DNA of 64,000 bases from Candidatus Poribacteria bacterium (GCA_963665235.2 CAXXLX010000001.1:2400001-2464000), one strand, 5' to 3'. Positions 21,896-31,780 are shown, numbered from the stretch's first letter. Translations and numbers: made by a program. The notes: generated by a model from the sequence alone, not told the origin.

Positions 21896-23464
21896 TTGTT
21901 AAAAAAAATAGAACGAGCCTTAATTAGCGTCTACGATAAAACATCCCTTTTAGAAATAGCGAATACCCTCGCTCAGCACGGGGTCGAAATTCTTTCTACC
22001 GGCGGGACAGCAAAACACATGCGAGACGCGGGCATTGACATACTGGATGTCTCTGACTACACCGGCTTTCCTGAAATGCTGGATGGTAGAGTCAAGACGC
22101 TCCATCCGAAAGTCCACGGTGGGCTCCTTGCCGAACGGGATAATCCGGAACACAGTGCCCAAACGGACGCACACGGCATAACCCCAATTGATATGGTGAT
22201 ATGCAACCTCTATCCGTTTGAGGCAACCGTTGCTAAACCGGATGTCACACTTCCGGAAGCGATTGAGAATATCGACATCGGTGGCCCGACGATGATTCGC
22301 GCTGCAGCAAAAAACTATAAGCACGTCGCTGTGCTCACAGCCCCTAGCCAATATCCACAAATTATCGCCGATTTGGCAACGAACGATGCATGCCTTTCGG
22401 AAGAGAGACGTTTTGAATTGGCACGCGCAGCGTTTATTCACACAGCACAGTACGACAGTGCAATAGCAACCTATCTTGCCAATTTAGAGACCGATGCCGA
22501 ATTTGCTGATATGCTGACGCTCCGTTTCCGGAAGGCGGATGCGTTAAGATACGGTGAAAATCCGCACCAACAGGCCGCGTTCTATAGAACAGAAACATCC
22601 CCCGCCGCACCTTGTGCCGCGTGGGCAAAACAACGCAATGGCCCACCGCTATCGTTCAACAACATTCTCGATTTAGATGCCGCCTTAGAGATTGTCAAGG
22701 ACTTTAAGTCGCCTGCTTGTGCAATCATCAAACATAACAATCCGTGTGGTCTAGCAACTGCTGACAATCTGCAAGATGCCTTCACGAATGCGCTTGAGTG
22801 TGACCGCACCTCCGCTTTCGGTTCAATTGTCGGTTTAAATCGAAAAGTGACAATTCAAACAGCGAATACTATTCGTGAAGCAGCAAAAGCGGGGGTGAAA
22901 ATTGAGGCGGTTATCGCTCCGAATTACACCGAAAAAGCACTACGGGCATTGTCTCGCGTAGCAAACCGCCGTATCCTTGAAACCGGACCGCTCTCGCCAC
23001 CGGAATCTGTTTTGCAAATCCGAAACGTCACCGGGGGTGCACTTGTCCAGGAACAGGATGTCCATCACACTGAAAAGGATGCCCTACAGGTTGTCACTAA
23101 ACGCAAACCGACAGATGCGGAGATAGACTCCCTACTTTTCGCGTGGAAGGCGTGTAAACATGTCAAATCTAACTGCATTCTGCTTGCCCAAGACACACAA
23201 ACAGTCGGTATCGGTGCGGGGCAGATGAGCCGTGTAGATGCTGCTATTATTGCTGTCCGCAAAGCTGGTGAAAAGGCGAACGGTGCCGTTTTAGCCTCCG
23301 ATGCTTTCTTTCCATTCCCTGACGGTGTAACAATTGCTGGTGAGGCGGGCATTCGGGCAATTATCCAACCGGGCGGCTCCGTAAATGACGACTCTGTGAT
23401 TGAAACAGCGAACACCTACGATATGGCGATGGTGTTTACAGGTGTCCGACATTTCCGCCATTAG
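21896..23464 (+). CDS. purH: Bifunctional AICAR formyltransferase/IMP cyclohydrolase
   Basis: RALISVYDK, GRVKTLHP, IDIGGPT, LRYGENPHQ, ASDAFFPF, FTGVRHFRH. Confidence 0.97.
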   Translation: MLKKIERALISVYDKTSLLEIANTLAQHGVEILSTGGTAKHMRDAGIDILDVSDYTGFPEMLDGRVKTLHPKVHGGLLAERDNPEHSAQTDAHGITPIDMVICNLYPFEATVAKPDVTLPEAIENIDIGGPTMIRAAAKNYKHVAVLTAPSQYPQIIADLATNDACLSEERRFELARAAFIHTAQYDSAIATYLANLETDAEFADMLTLRFRKADALRYGENPHQQAAFYRTETSPAAPCAAWAKQRNGPPLSFNNILDLDAALEIVKDFKSPACAIIKHNNPCGLATADNLQDAFTNALECDRTSAFGSIVGLNRKVTIQTANTIREAAKAGVKIEAVIAPNYTEKALRALSRVANRRILETGPLSPPESVLQIRNVTGGALVQEQDVHHTEKDALQVVTKRKPTDAEIDSLLFAWKACKHVKSNCILLAQDTQTVGIGAGQMSRVDAAIIAVRKAGEKANGAVLASDAFFPFPDGVTIAGEAGIRAIIQPGGSVNDDSVIETANTYDMAMVFTGVRHFRH

Positions 23465-23491
23465 ATTTCGGACATTTTAAGCTCAACACTA

Positions 23492-23643
23492 ACCTAAGTT
23501 GCCACATAGTAGCATAATCTTCCAGATTGTGCATATTTGTGTGCGAATTGGAAGTGAACGGGACAAATAGTAGCTAATTATCAGCATATTTTCATTAAAG
23601 ACGGTGTTTCTAGGTCTAAAAACTTATAAGTAGCAACTTGGGT
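23492..23643. mobile_element. 152-bp MITE, copy 1
   Basis: Terminal inverted repeats ACCTAAGTTGCCAC / GTAGCAACTTGGGT; flanking direct repeat acacta; near-identical copies at 25816 and 45980. Confidence 0.85.
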
Positions 23644-23672
23644 TACACTAACACGTTTCAGGAAATTGAAAA

Positions 23673-24845
23673 TTGCCAACTACATTAACACTCCCTTCTA
23701 CGATAATTACGGGGGTAGGTGCCTCCGAAGAGGTAGGTAAGCAGGCGAAACGGCTCGGTGCCACAAACGCGCTTATCGTGACGGACCCGGGCATTGCTAA
23801 AATCGGATACGCTGAGCAGGTTGCCCGAAACCTACGTGCTGTAGGTATTGCTGTCTCACACTTCTCTGGTGTCACACCCGACCCGACTCTGTTAAACGTG
23901 CAGGATGGATTAAAGCAGTACGTTGCCGAAGGCTGCGATGTGATTGTAAGCGTCGGCGGCGGTAGTGCAATTGATTGCGGAAAAGGCATCGCTGTCAAAC
24001 GCACTAACAGTGGCGAATTTTTGGACTATATGGGGGTAGACAAAATCCTGAATACAGGTGCCCCCTTAATTGCTATACCGACCACAGGTGGAACCGGCAG
24101 CGAAGTCACAAAAGTCACCGTGCTTACCGACACAGAACGGAACGTCAAAATGATGCTGAGCAGTGCATGTTTACTCCCAGCTGTTGCACTGGTTGACCCG
24201 TTGTTATCTGTCACAACGCCGCCCTCCTTGACTGCGGCAGTCGGTGTTGATGCGTTGACACATGCGATAGAGGCGTATATCTCTAAACGCGCGCAACCGA
24301 TAACGGACGCGCTTGCATTGAAAGCGATTGTGATGATTTCGGGTTCACTTCGGCAGGCATGGGCGGATGGCGAAAATATCGCCGCCCGAACAGATATGAT
24401 GCTCGGCGCGTCAATTGCGGGCATGGCGTTTAGCAACGCGTCTGTCGCCTTAGTTCACGGTATGTCACGGCCGATTGGTGCCTATTTTCACATTCATCAT
24501 GGATTATCAAACGCGGTGCTGCTGCTTGATGTGATGGCGTTTAGCGTAGTCGGCGCGCCTACACGTTTTGCCGATATCGCCCGCGCGATGGGAGAACCGA
24601 TTGATGGGTTATCCCCAATGAAGCAAGCAGATGCAGCGATTTCTGCTGTCCAACGACTCGTCAACGATATCCAAATGCCTCGACTCGGAGAGATTGGGAT
24701 TGATAACGAGAAATTTGAACAGGTTATTGAACAGATGGCAGTTGACGCTATTGATAGCGGCAGTCCTGCTAACAACCCGCGGCAAGCCACTGCTGAGGAG
24801 ATAGTTGCACTCTATCGGAAATGCTTCGACCCGCGAGGTGCATAG
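23673..24845 (+). CDS. Iron-containing alcohol dehydrogenase
   Basis: GGGSAIDCGK, PTTGGTGSE, DALTHAIE, VHGMS..HHGLSNA. Confidence 0.93.
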   Translation: MPTTLTLPSTIITGVGASEEVGKQAKRLGATNALIVTDPGIAKIGYAEQVARNLRAVGIAVSHFSGVTPDPTLLNVQDGLKQYVAEGCDVIVSVGGGSAIDCGKGIAVKRTNSGEFLDYMGVDKILNTGAPLIAIPTTGGTGSEVTKVTVLTDTERNVKMMLSSACLLPAVALVDPLLSVTTPPSLTAAVGVDALTHAIEAYISKRAQPITDALALKAIVMISGSLRQAWADGENIAARTDMMLGASIAGMAFSNASVALVHGMSRPIGAYFHIHHGLSNAVLLLDVMAFSVVGAPTRFADIARAMGEPIDGLSPMKQADAAISAVQRLVNDIQMPRLGEIGIDNEKFEQVIEQMAVDAIDSGSPANNPRQATAEEIVALYRKCFDPRGA

Positions 24846-24890
24846 GCACACCTAAGATATGCACGACTACATAGTTTGATAGGATAAAAA

Positions 24891-25745
24891 ATGACAATAA
24901 TTGATTCTCACACACACGCATGGCCCCGCTGGCCCTATCAACCGCCGGTTCCGGATGATGAGAGCCGTGGAAAGGTTGAACAGCTCCTGCACGAAATGGA
25001 TAGGCACGATGTCGACAAGGCAGTGCTTGTCTGTGCACGCATTGATAGAAACATAGACAACAACGACTACGTTGCACAGTGTGTCGAACGTTACCCTGAG
25101 CGTCTGATTCAGTTTGCAGATGTGGATTGTTCATGGACAGAGACATATCACACGGACGGTGCAGCGGAACGGCTCAAAACGGCGGCAGAAATGTACACGC
25201 TCAAAGGCTACACACACTACCTCAGGGGTGATGACGATGGCAGCTGGTTTTTTTCGAGTGAAGGGCAACGTTTTTTTCAAACGACCGCTGAACTCGGTCT
25301 CATCGCCAGTATTGCCATGGGAAGTCAGCAGCACGCGCCGCTTCGGAAATTAGCGGCACAGTTTCCTACGATTCCGTTTCTGTGCCATCACATGGCAGGG
25401 GCGCGAGCCGGTGAGGCTCACCCCTATCCACAGCTTGAGCAGGTCCTCGCCTCCGCCAAGGTGCCGAATATCTACGTGAAAATGTCAGGGTTCGCTTACG
25501 TTTCGCAGGTCGCGTGGGATTATCCTTACTCCGATACACATTGGATAGTCCGCGCACTTTACGAACATTTCGGCCCCGGTCGACTCTGCTGGGGCTCAGA
25601 CTATCCGGTTGTCCGTAACTTTATGACCTATCAACATGCATTAGAGGCGTTCCGGACCCACTGCACCTTTATTCCGGCGGCCGACAAAACCGAAATTTTA
25701 GGCGGCACCCTCCAACGATTGCTATCGGCAGCAGGGGAGCAGTAG
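24891..25745 (+). CDS. Amidohydrolase 2 family protein
   Basis: IIDSHTHAW, CHHMA, YVKMSG, CWGSDYP. Confidence 0.9.
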   Translation: MTIIDSHTHAWPRWPYQPPVPDDESRGKVEQLLHEMDRHDVDKAVLVCARIDRNIDNNDYVAQCVERYPERLIQFADVDCSWTETYHTDGAAERLKTAAEMYTLKGYTHYLRGDDDGSWFFSSEGQRFFQTTAELGLIASIAMGSQQHAPLRKLAAQFPTIPFLCHHMAGARAGEAHPYPQLEQVLASAKVPNIYVKMSGFAYVSQVAWDYPYSDTHWIVRALYEHFGPGRLCWGSDYPVVRNFMTYQHALEAFRTHCTFIPAADKTEILGGTLQRLLSAAGEQ

Positions 25746-25815
25746 CGTAAGCACAGGCCTGCTATGCAGGGTTTTAGCATCTATTGTTTTTTTAGGCATC
25801 CTGTGATACTATATA

Positions 25816-25966
25816 CCTAAGTTGCCACATAGTAGCATAATCTTCCAGATTGTGCATATTTGTGTGCAAACTAAAAGTGGACGCTACAAATATTGCCTAA
25901 TTATCAGCATATTTTCATTAAAGACGGTGTTTCCGGGTCTAAAAACTTATAAGTAGCAACTTGGGT
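25816..25966. mobile_element. 151-bp MITE, copy 2
   Basis: Same TIRs as 23492; flanking direct repeat tactatat; ends 15 bp before the DUF488 start. Confidence 0.85.
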
Positions 25967-25981
25967 TACTATATACACATC

Positions 25982-26536
25982 ATGGAAAAAACATCTGCTC
26001 TCATTCCGATTTACACTATAGGTTATGGCAGTCGTTCGATAGAGGAACTCATCGAACTGCTACACGTCCATAAGATTGCTTATCTCATTGATGTTCGCTC
26101 GGCACCCTATTCTCGCTATAAGCCGGAATTCTCTAAGCTCCCGCTAGCGAATACGCTGGAACAGCACGGTATCCGCTACGTGTTTATGGGCGATACGCTC
26201 GGTGGTAGACCGGACGACGAAACGTGTTACGTCAACGGGAAAGTCGATTATGAAAAGGTTAAAACCACGGAGGCCTATCAGCGCGGCATTCAACGCCTTC
26301 ATGCTGCCTTTTTGCAACAACAATCTATTGTCCTGATGTGCAGTGAGGGGAAACCGGAGACGTGCCACCGATGTAAACTTATCGGGGCAACCCTTACAAA
26401 TGAGGAGATAGCGGTCATTCACATTGATGAAGATGGTGAGCAACTCACACAGGAACAGGTTATTGAACGGTTGACAGGCGGACAATTGTCGATGTTTGGT
26501 GAGGAGACGTTTCATTCTCGGAAAAAATATCCGTAA
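25982..26536 (+). CDS. DUF488 family protein (A)
   Basis: IYTIGY, LIDVRSAPYSR, LGGRP, LMCSEGKPETCHR; C-terminal QLSMF. Confidence 0.9.
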   Translation: MEKTSALIPIYTIGYGSRSIEELIELLHVHKIAYLIDVRSAPYSRYKPEFSKLPLANTLEQHGIRYVFMGDTLGGRPDDETCYVNGKVDYEKVKTTEAYQRGIQRLHAAFLQQQSIVLMCSEGKPETCHRCKLIGATLTNEEIAVIHIDEDGEQLTQEQVIERLTGGQLSMFGEETFHSRKKYP

Positions 26537-26547
26537 TTTAATTCGCT

Positions 26548-27039
26548 ATGAAAAAAATCAAAATTGTCACCATCGGTGTCTACGGATTTGATGAAATCGG
26601 TTTTTTCGACGCTTTACGTAAAGCAGCGGTTGATACATTCTGCGATATTCGTAGCCGACGGGGTGTACGCGGCGCAACTTACGCGTTTGCCAATAGCAAG
26701 CGGCTGCAAGCACGTCTTTCAGAACTCGGTATCCAATACATCCACCGTAAAGACCTTGGCCCGACGAAAACCGTTCGAGAAAAACAGGCAGCGGCGGATA
26801 AAGCCACGAAAACTGCTAAACGCAAACGAACTAAACTTGGGAAAACGTTCATTGAAGCCTACCACACAGAATGCCTCGACGCGTTTGACCCGAAAAGCCT
26901 GCTGGATGAACTGGGAACGGATGCCAAAGTTGTAGCACTTTTTTGTGTCGAAACTGCCCCGGATGCATGCCACCGCTCCTTAGTAGCGGATAAACTGGCG
27001 ACAGCATTCAATCTGGAGGTTGAAAATATTTTGCCGTGA
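26548..27039 (+). CDS. DUF488 family protein (B)
   Basis: IVTIGVYG, DIRSRRG, LFCVETAPDACHRSLVA. Confidence 0.88.
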   Translation: MKKIKIVTIGVYGFDEIGFFDALRKAAVDTFCDIRSRRGVRGATYAFANSKRLQARLSELGIQYIHRKDLGPTKTVREKQAAADKATKTAKRKRTKLGKTFIEAYHTECLDAFDPKSLLDELGTDAKVVALFCVETAPDACHRSLVADKLATAFNLEVENILP

Positions 27040-29753
27040 GAGTCTTAATTGTTGCAAAAACCCGAATGGGAAGTGGCGCGTGCATCGGTGCCATTACTGA
27101 GACAGGAAAAAGTGTCCGACTTATTCCGTTTAATGCTGACCCACATGAGGGTGCGAACAGAGAATATGAGGTTGGGGATATTTGGGAGATTTCCGCTGAG
27201 CCTGAAACTTCACTGATTCCACCGCATAACGAAAACATTGTGGTTCATAAAAAATCGCGCCTTCGGACAACGCAAGACACAAAAAATTTGATAAGCGCGA
27301 TTGAACTTTTGATGCCCCCGAAAATTGGAGCTCCCCGAAAACTCTATGAAGGTTTATTGAAAACGACAACTAGCGGTTCGCTTTACATTGCAGTGGACGG
27401 TGATATTCCACCTTACAGCACTGCGTTTTGGAGACCAGATCAGCCGCTTGCTCGCGATACAGAAGGGAAGCGAATACGATATCGATACCCTACCGAAAAT
27501 GGAGGCTACACGCTTACCTTTGTCGGTTTCCAAGAACCGCTTGAGACAATTCCGGCAGGGACGCTCCTGCGTGTGTCGCTGGCACATCGGTGGAGACCAA
27601 AAGAGCAGCCGGATGCTGAAGAACGGCACTACGCACAGCTCTCCGGCTGGTTCGTCGAAGAAATAGCACAAGCACAATCGGAGCGTCCGAGAGCACAAGA
27701 ATCGCCTCCGCTATCAACTCCGATGCAAACTCCCTTAGAAATCCTCACAAACGTTTTCGGACATGAACAGTTTCGCCCATTTCAGGAAACTATCATCAAC
27801 CATATCCTAAAACGACAGGATGCACTGATTGTTTTACCCACAGGTGGCGGAAAATCTCTCTGCTATCAATTGCCTGCACTCATGTTTGAGGGTGTGACGG
27901 TTGTTGTTTCACCCCTAATTTCACTCATGCAGGACCAGGTGATGCAACTCCAAAATCGTGGCATCCACGCTGCATTTCTTAATCACACTGTTGGGAACAC
28001 AGAATACGTCGCCACGATGCAGCAGGTCAGGCAGGGTAAAATCAAACTGCTGTACGTTGCGCCTGAGACGCTCGTTCGCTCCGAAATACTTGTTATGCTT
28101 GAGGAGTCAGATGTTGCCTGCCTCGCCATTGATGAAGCGCATTGTATTTCAGAATGGGGACACGACTTTCGGCAGGAATATCGACAACTGGTCACCATTC
28201 GCCAACGATTCCAAAACGCCGTTTGCGTCGCCCTAACAGCGACTGCAACCCCACGGGTTCAAAACGACATCAAAAAATTACTCAAGTTTGACGACGGAAA
28301 TGAGTTTATAGGCAGTTTTGACCGAGAAAATCTATTCATCGCTGTTGAACCGAAAGTTGAATTGCTGGAACAGACGCTCGCGTTTCTTAATAGGCATCGC
28401 GGTGAATCCGGCATTATATATTGTCAAACCAAGAAGCAGGTTGAATCGCTCTGTCGTAATTTAACCGCCAGACGGTTCTCAGTACGCCCTTACCATGCAG
28501 ACCTTGATAACGCAACTCGAAGGCAAAATCAAGAAGCATTTATTAAAGGCGACATCCAAGTAATCGTTGCCACAATTGCGTTCGGTATGGGAATAGATAA
28601 GGCGGACGTCCGTTTTGTTCTACACGCCGGTTTGCCCAAGGAACCCGAATCTTACTACCAAGAAATCGGGCGCAGCGGTCGCGATGGACTTCCAGCCCAA
28701 TGTCTTTTGCTATTTAGTTACGGCGATGTTGACACCATCAATCATTTCATCGAGCAGGGCGCACAATCCGAAAAACAGGGACGACTGGAAAGAGCACAAA
28801 CACTCATTTCATGGGCAACGTCAATAGCATGTCGACGAAAAGTGTTATTGGCCTATTTTGGGGAGCAATATGAGCAGGAAAATTGTGGAATGTGTGACAA
28901 CTGCCGCAAATCAGAAATCGACCGTGTCGACTTGACGGTACCCGCGCAAAAATTTCTTTCCTGTGTCCTCCGGACAGAAGAACTATTCGGGGAAGCTTAT
29001 GTTACTGATGTCCTACGGGGGTCAAAGCGGAAAAAAATTCTTGATAACGGACACGACACACTCTCCACATACAGCATTGGCATAGAATACAGTAAGACGC
29101 AGTGGCGATATTTGTCTCATCAATTCCTCCAACACAAACTACTTGAACGAGATGCACGGCATGGGAGTCTCCGCGTAACGCAGAAAGGTCGGGGAGTACT
29201 CAGTAGCAAAGATACGTTTTGGGGATTTTCGGTGGAATCGGTAGATATTTCCACATCCGAAGTGCTCTCTGAATATGCCCCGGAACTCTTTGAATTACTT
29301 CGAACGCAACGAGACAAAACCGCTGAGGTGGAGGGTGTAGCTCCTGAGACCGTTTTTCACGATAAAGCACTGAAAGCGATGGCGACCTATTTTCCGACAT
29401 CTGAGGAAACTTTCAGACAGATGCCTAGCGTGGGCCCCTCGAAATCGGAAAAATATGCTGATATCTTCTTGCCAATCATTTGTGATTATTGCAAGGAAAA
29501 TGAAGTGGAACCGGATACCCATGAACTTTTCGAGCAACTTCGCTCAAAACGTACAACAGTAGCAGAGCAGGAGAAATTACCGGCATATCGTATCTTTAGC
29601 AACAAGACGTTGCAAGAAATGGTGACTCAATTACCACAATCGGTAGGAGAATTTGAGGAAATTCACGGCGTTGGGCCCGTGAAAATAGAAAAATACGCCA
29701 AGTTTTTTTTGCCGATTATCCGGGCCTACTGTAAAGAACATGGTATTAATTGA
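27036..29753 (+). CDS. recQ: RecQ DNA helicase with N-terminal dual-OB-like domain and two HRDC domains
   Basis: LPTGGGKSLCYQLP, DEAHCISEWGHDFR, ATIAFGMGIDK, YYQEIGRSGRDG, Zn site CRR..CGMCDNC, RQC, two HRDC-like repeats; about 207-aa N-terminal domain VLIVAKTRM..CIGA..VRL..PPHNEN. Confidence 0.9.
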   Translation: MRVLIVAKTRMGSGACIGAITETGKSVRLIPFNADPHEGANREYEVGDIWEISAEPETSLIPPHNENIVVHKKSRLRTTQDTKNLISAIELLMPPKIGAPRKLYEGLLKTTTSGSLYIAVDGDIPPYSTAFWRPDQPLARDTEGKRIRYRYPTENGGYTLTFVGFQEPLETIPAGTLLRVSLAHRWRPKEQPDAEERHYAQLSGWFVEEIAQAQSERPRAQESPPLSTPMQTPLEILTNVFGHEQFRPFQETIINHILKRQDALIVLPTGGGKSLCYQLPALMFEGVTVVVSPLISLMQDQVMQLQNRGIHAAFLNHTVGNTEYVATMQQVRQGKIKLLYVAPETLVRSEILVMLEESDVACLAIDEAHCISEWGHDFRQEYRQLVTIRQRFQNAVCVALTATATPRVQNDIKKLLKFDDGNEFIGSFDRENLFIAVEPKVELLEQTLAFLNRHRGESGIIYCQTKKQVESLCRNLTARRFSVRPYHADLDNATRRQNQEAFIKGDIQVIVATIAFGMGIDKADVRFVLHAGLPKEPESYYQEIGRSGRDGLPAQCLLLFSYGDVDTINHFIEQGAQSEKQGRLERAQTLISWATSIACRRKVLLAYFGEQYEQENCGMCDNCRKSEIDRVDLTVPAQKFLSCVLRTEELFGEAYVTDVLRGSKRKKILDNGHDTLSTYSIGIEYSKTQWRYLSHQFLQHKLLERDARHGSLRVTQKGRGVLSSKDTFWGFSVESVDISTSEVLSEYAPELFELLRTQRDKTAEVEGVAPETVFHDKALKAMATYFPTSEETFRQMPSVGPSKSEKYADIFLPIICDYCKENEVEPDTHELFEQLRSKRTTVAEQEKLPAYRIFSNKTLQEMVTQLPQSVGEFEEIHGVGPVKIEKYAKFFLPIIRAYCKEHGIN

Positions 29754-29865
29754 AACACCTTTTTCGCTACATTCACACAAGTTGCCCCCTATTCAAAGCT
29801 GATATCTTCTTGCCGTTCATTTGTGATTGCTGTAGTTAAAAAAGTTCAACTTTTACCGAAAATTG

Positions 29866-29957
29866 TGGTATAATTAAGGTACCCCACATTGGATGAGAAG
29901 ACGAACCTTTGGTATTCTTTTGGTATCCTTTACCGAAGGTTCGCCTTGTCCAAGTGG
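29866..29957 (+). promoter_or_regulatory. Extended -10 promoter (TGgTATAAT) followed by a long leader hairpin
   Basis: TATAAT at 29869-29874; cgaacctttggta pairs with taccgaaggttcg; outer stem ccacattgga/tccaagtgg. Confidence 0.55.
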
Positions 29958-30042
29958 CATAGCGAACTTTGCGAATTGTGAGAATACTTTGATTTAGATA
30001 ACGCTCGGATAAACACGCCCAACAAACCTACGTGCATAACTC

Positions 30043-30624
30043 ATGGAGGCTCTCATGGCATCTAGTGCAGCAAGGACTTATCTGACCCCCGAGGAGTACC
30101 TCGCTTTTGAACGTAAAGCGACAACTAAACATGAGTACCTCGCGGGAGAAATAGTCGCAATGTCCGGGGCAAGTTTTGCCCATAATTTCATCACCGGGGA
30201 TATCTTCGGTGAGCTCCGTGCTCAGTTGCAAGGCGGAAAGTGTAAAGCTGCCACCAGTGATATGCGCGTCAAAGTCAGTGAAACTGGAGCGTACTTCTAC
30301 CCGGATGTTGTCATTTTCTGCGGTGAACCTCAAGCAGAGGATAACAGCTCGGACACACTTCTCAATCCAACTGTCATCATAAAGGTGCTTTCTCCCTCAA
30401 CAGAGGCACGTGACCGAGGCGAGAAATTCTGGCATTATCAGCAACTCGCGTCCTTGCAAGAGTACATCCTTGTTTCTCAAGACCGTATTTGTGTCGAACA
30501 TCATCTTCGCGAAGGAATCGATTGGCTGCGAACCGAATTTCGGGAGCTTGAAGAGGTAATCTCGCTCACTTCAATTGAGTGCAAGTTGTACCTGCGCGAC
30601 ATCTACAGTAGCGTCGATTTGTAG
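30043..30624 (+). CDS. Uma2 family (DUF820) endonuclease-fold protein
   Basis: LTPEEYL..E..KHEY..GEIVAMSGAS..H, YPDVV, VLSPSTE.RDRGEKF..Y, LQEYILVSQD. Confidence 0.92.
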   Translation: MEALMASSAARTYLTPEEYLAFERKATTKHEYLAGEIVAMSGASFAHNFITGDIFGELRAQLQGGKCKAATSDMRVKVSETGAYFYPDVVIFCGEPQAEDNSSDTLLNPTVIIKVLSPSTEARDRGEKFWHYQQLASLQEYILVSQDRICVEHHLREGIDWLRTEFRELEEVISLTSIECKLYLRDIYSSVDL

Positions 30625-30730
30625 CCTAATCTGTTAGATTGTGCATATCAGGACGCAAGCTAATAGGCAGTGTCCAAATCAACTGACAATGGACGAATAC
30701 CCTACTAATTGGAATAATAAGGAGAAAACA

Positions 30731-31780
30731 GTGATAAAAATTGGAATAGTCGGAATCGGATTTATGGGAATGATTCACTACTACGGTATCCAGCGTATCA
30801 AAGGGGCAGAAGTTGTCGCTATCTGCACCCGGGATAAGAAAAAATTGGCTGGCGATTGGACCGGCATCCAAGGTAATTTCGGTCCCCGTGGCGGCATGGA
30901 AGACCTCTCTCACATCCGAAAATACAGTGAGATTGACGAACTGCTCGCCGATGAAGAGGTTGAGCTGGTCGATATCTGCCTACCGACACACCTCCACAAA
31001 TCTGTTAGCATGGCATCCCTCAACGCGGGAAAACACACGCTCGTCGAAAAACCTATCTCCATTGATATTGACGATGCCAATGAGATAGTTCAACTTGCTG
31101 AAGAGACAGAAAAACTTTTTATGGTAGCGCATGTGCTTCCCTTCTTTGCGGAGTATGCTTACGCGAAACAGCTGGTTGAAGGTGGAAAATATGGCGAGCT
31201 GCTCGGCGCACATTTCAAGCGAATTATTTCAAAACCGAATTGGTCACGAGATATTGCCGATATTGAAAAAAGCGGTGGGCCCGGCATAGATTTACATATT
31301 CACGATACGCATTTCATTCAACTGCTTTGTGGGGTCCCCGATGCCGTATTTTCACAAGGCAAGTTGGCAGGCGGTAATTTCGTCGATTATTTGACTACAC
31401 AATACATCTACAACGATAAGGAGCTTGCCGTGAGTTGTTCATCGGGGGCAATTTCACAAAGTGGGAGAGCCTTCTCACACGGGTTTGAACTCTATCTCGA
31501 AAAGGCTACGCTGCTATTCGATTTCGCTACACTTGGCGGAGAGCCGGTCACCGCCGTACCGCTCACACTTCTCACCGAGGATGGCGAGGTCCAGCGAGTG
31601 GATTTAGGGGAAGTTGACCCAATTGATGCCTTTACCGCGGAGATTCAATACGCCGTCGATGCTGTCGATTGGGAAGATGAGCCTACCGCGCTGTCCGGCG
31701 TTGGAGCGAGAGATGCGCTCCTGCTCTGCTATAAAGAAGCGGAATCTGTTAAAACCGGAGAAATCGTGCCGATTCACTAA
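30731..31780 (+). CDS. Gfo/Idh/MocA oxidoreductase
   Basis: IGIVGIGFMG, DICLPT, GKHTLVEKP, DLHIHD; RBS aaggag before GTG. Confidence 0.92.
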   Translation: MIKIGIVGIGFMGMIHYYGIQRIKGAEVVAICTRDKKKLAGDWTGIQGNFGPRGGMEDLSHIRKYSEIDELLADEEVELVDICLPTHLHKSVSMASLNAGKHTLVEKPISIDIDDANEIVQLAEETEKLFMVAHVLPFFAEYAYAKQLVEGGKYGELLGAHFKRIISKPNWSRDIADIEKSGGPGIDLHIHDTHFIQLLCGVPDAVFSQGKLAGGNFVDYLTTQYIYNDKELAVSCSSGAISQSGRAFSHGFELYLEKATLLFDFATLGGEPVTAVPLTLLTEDGEVQRVDLGEVDPIDAFTAEIQYAVDAVDWEDEPTALSGVGARDALLLCYKEAESVKTGEIVPIH

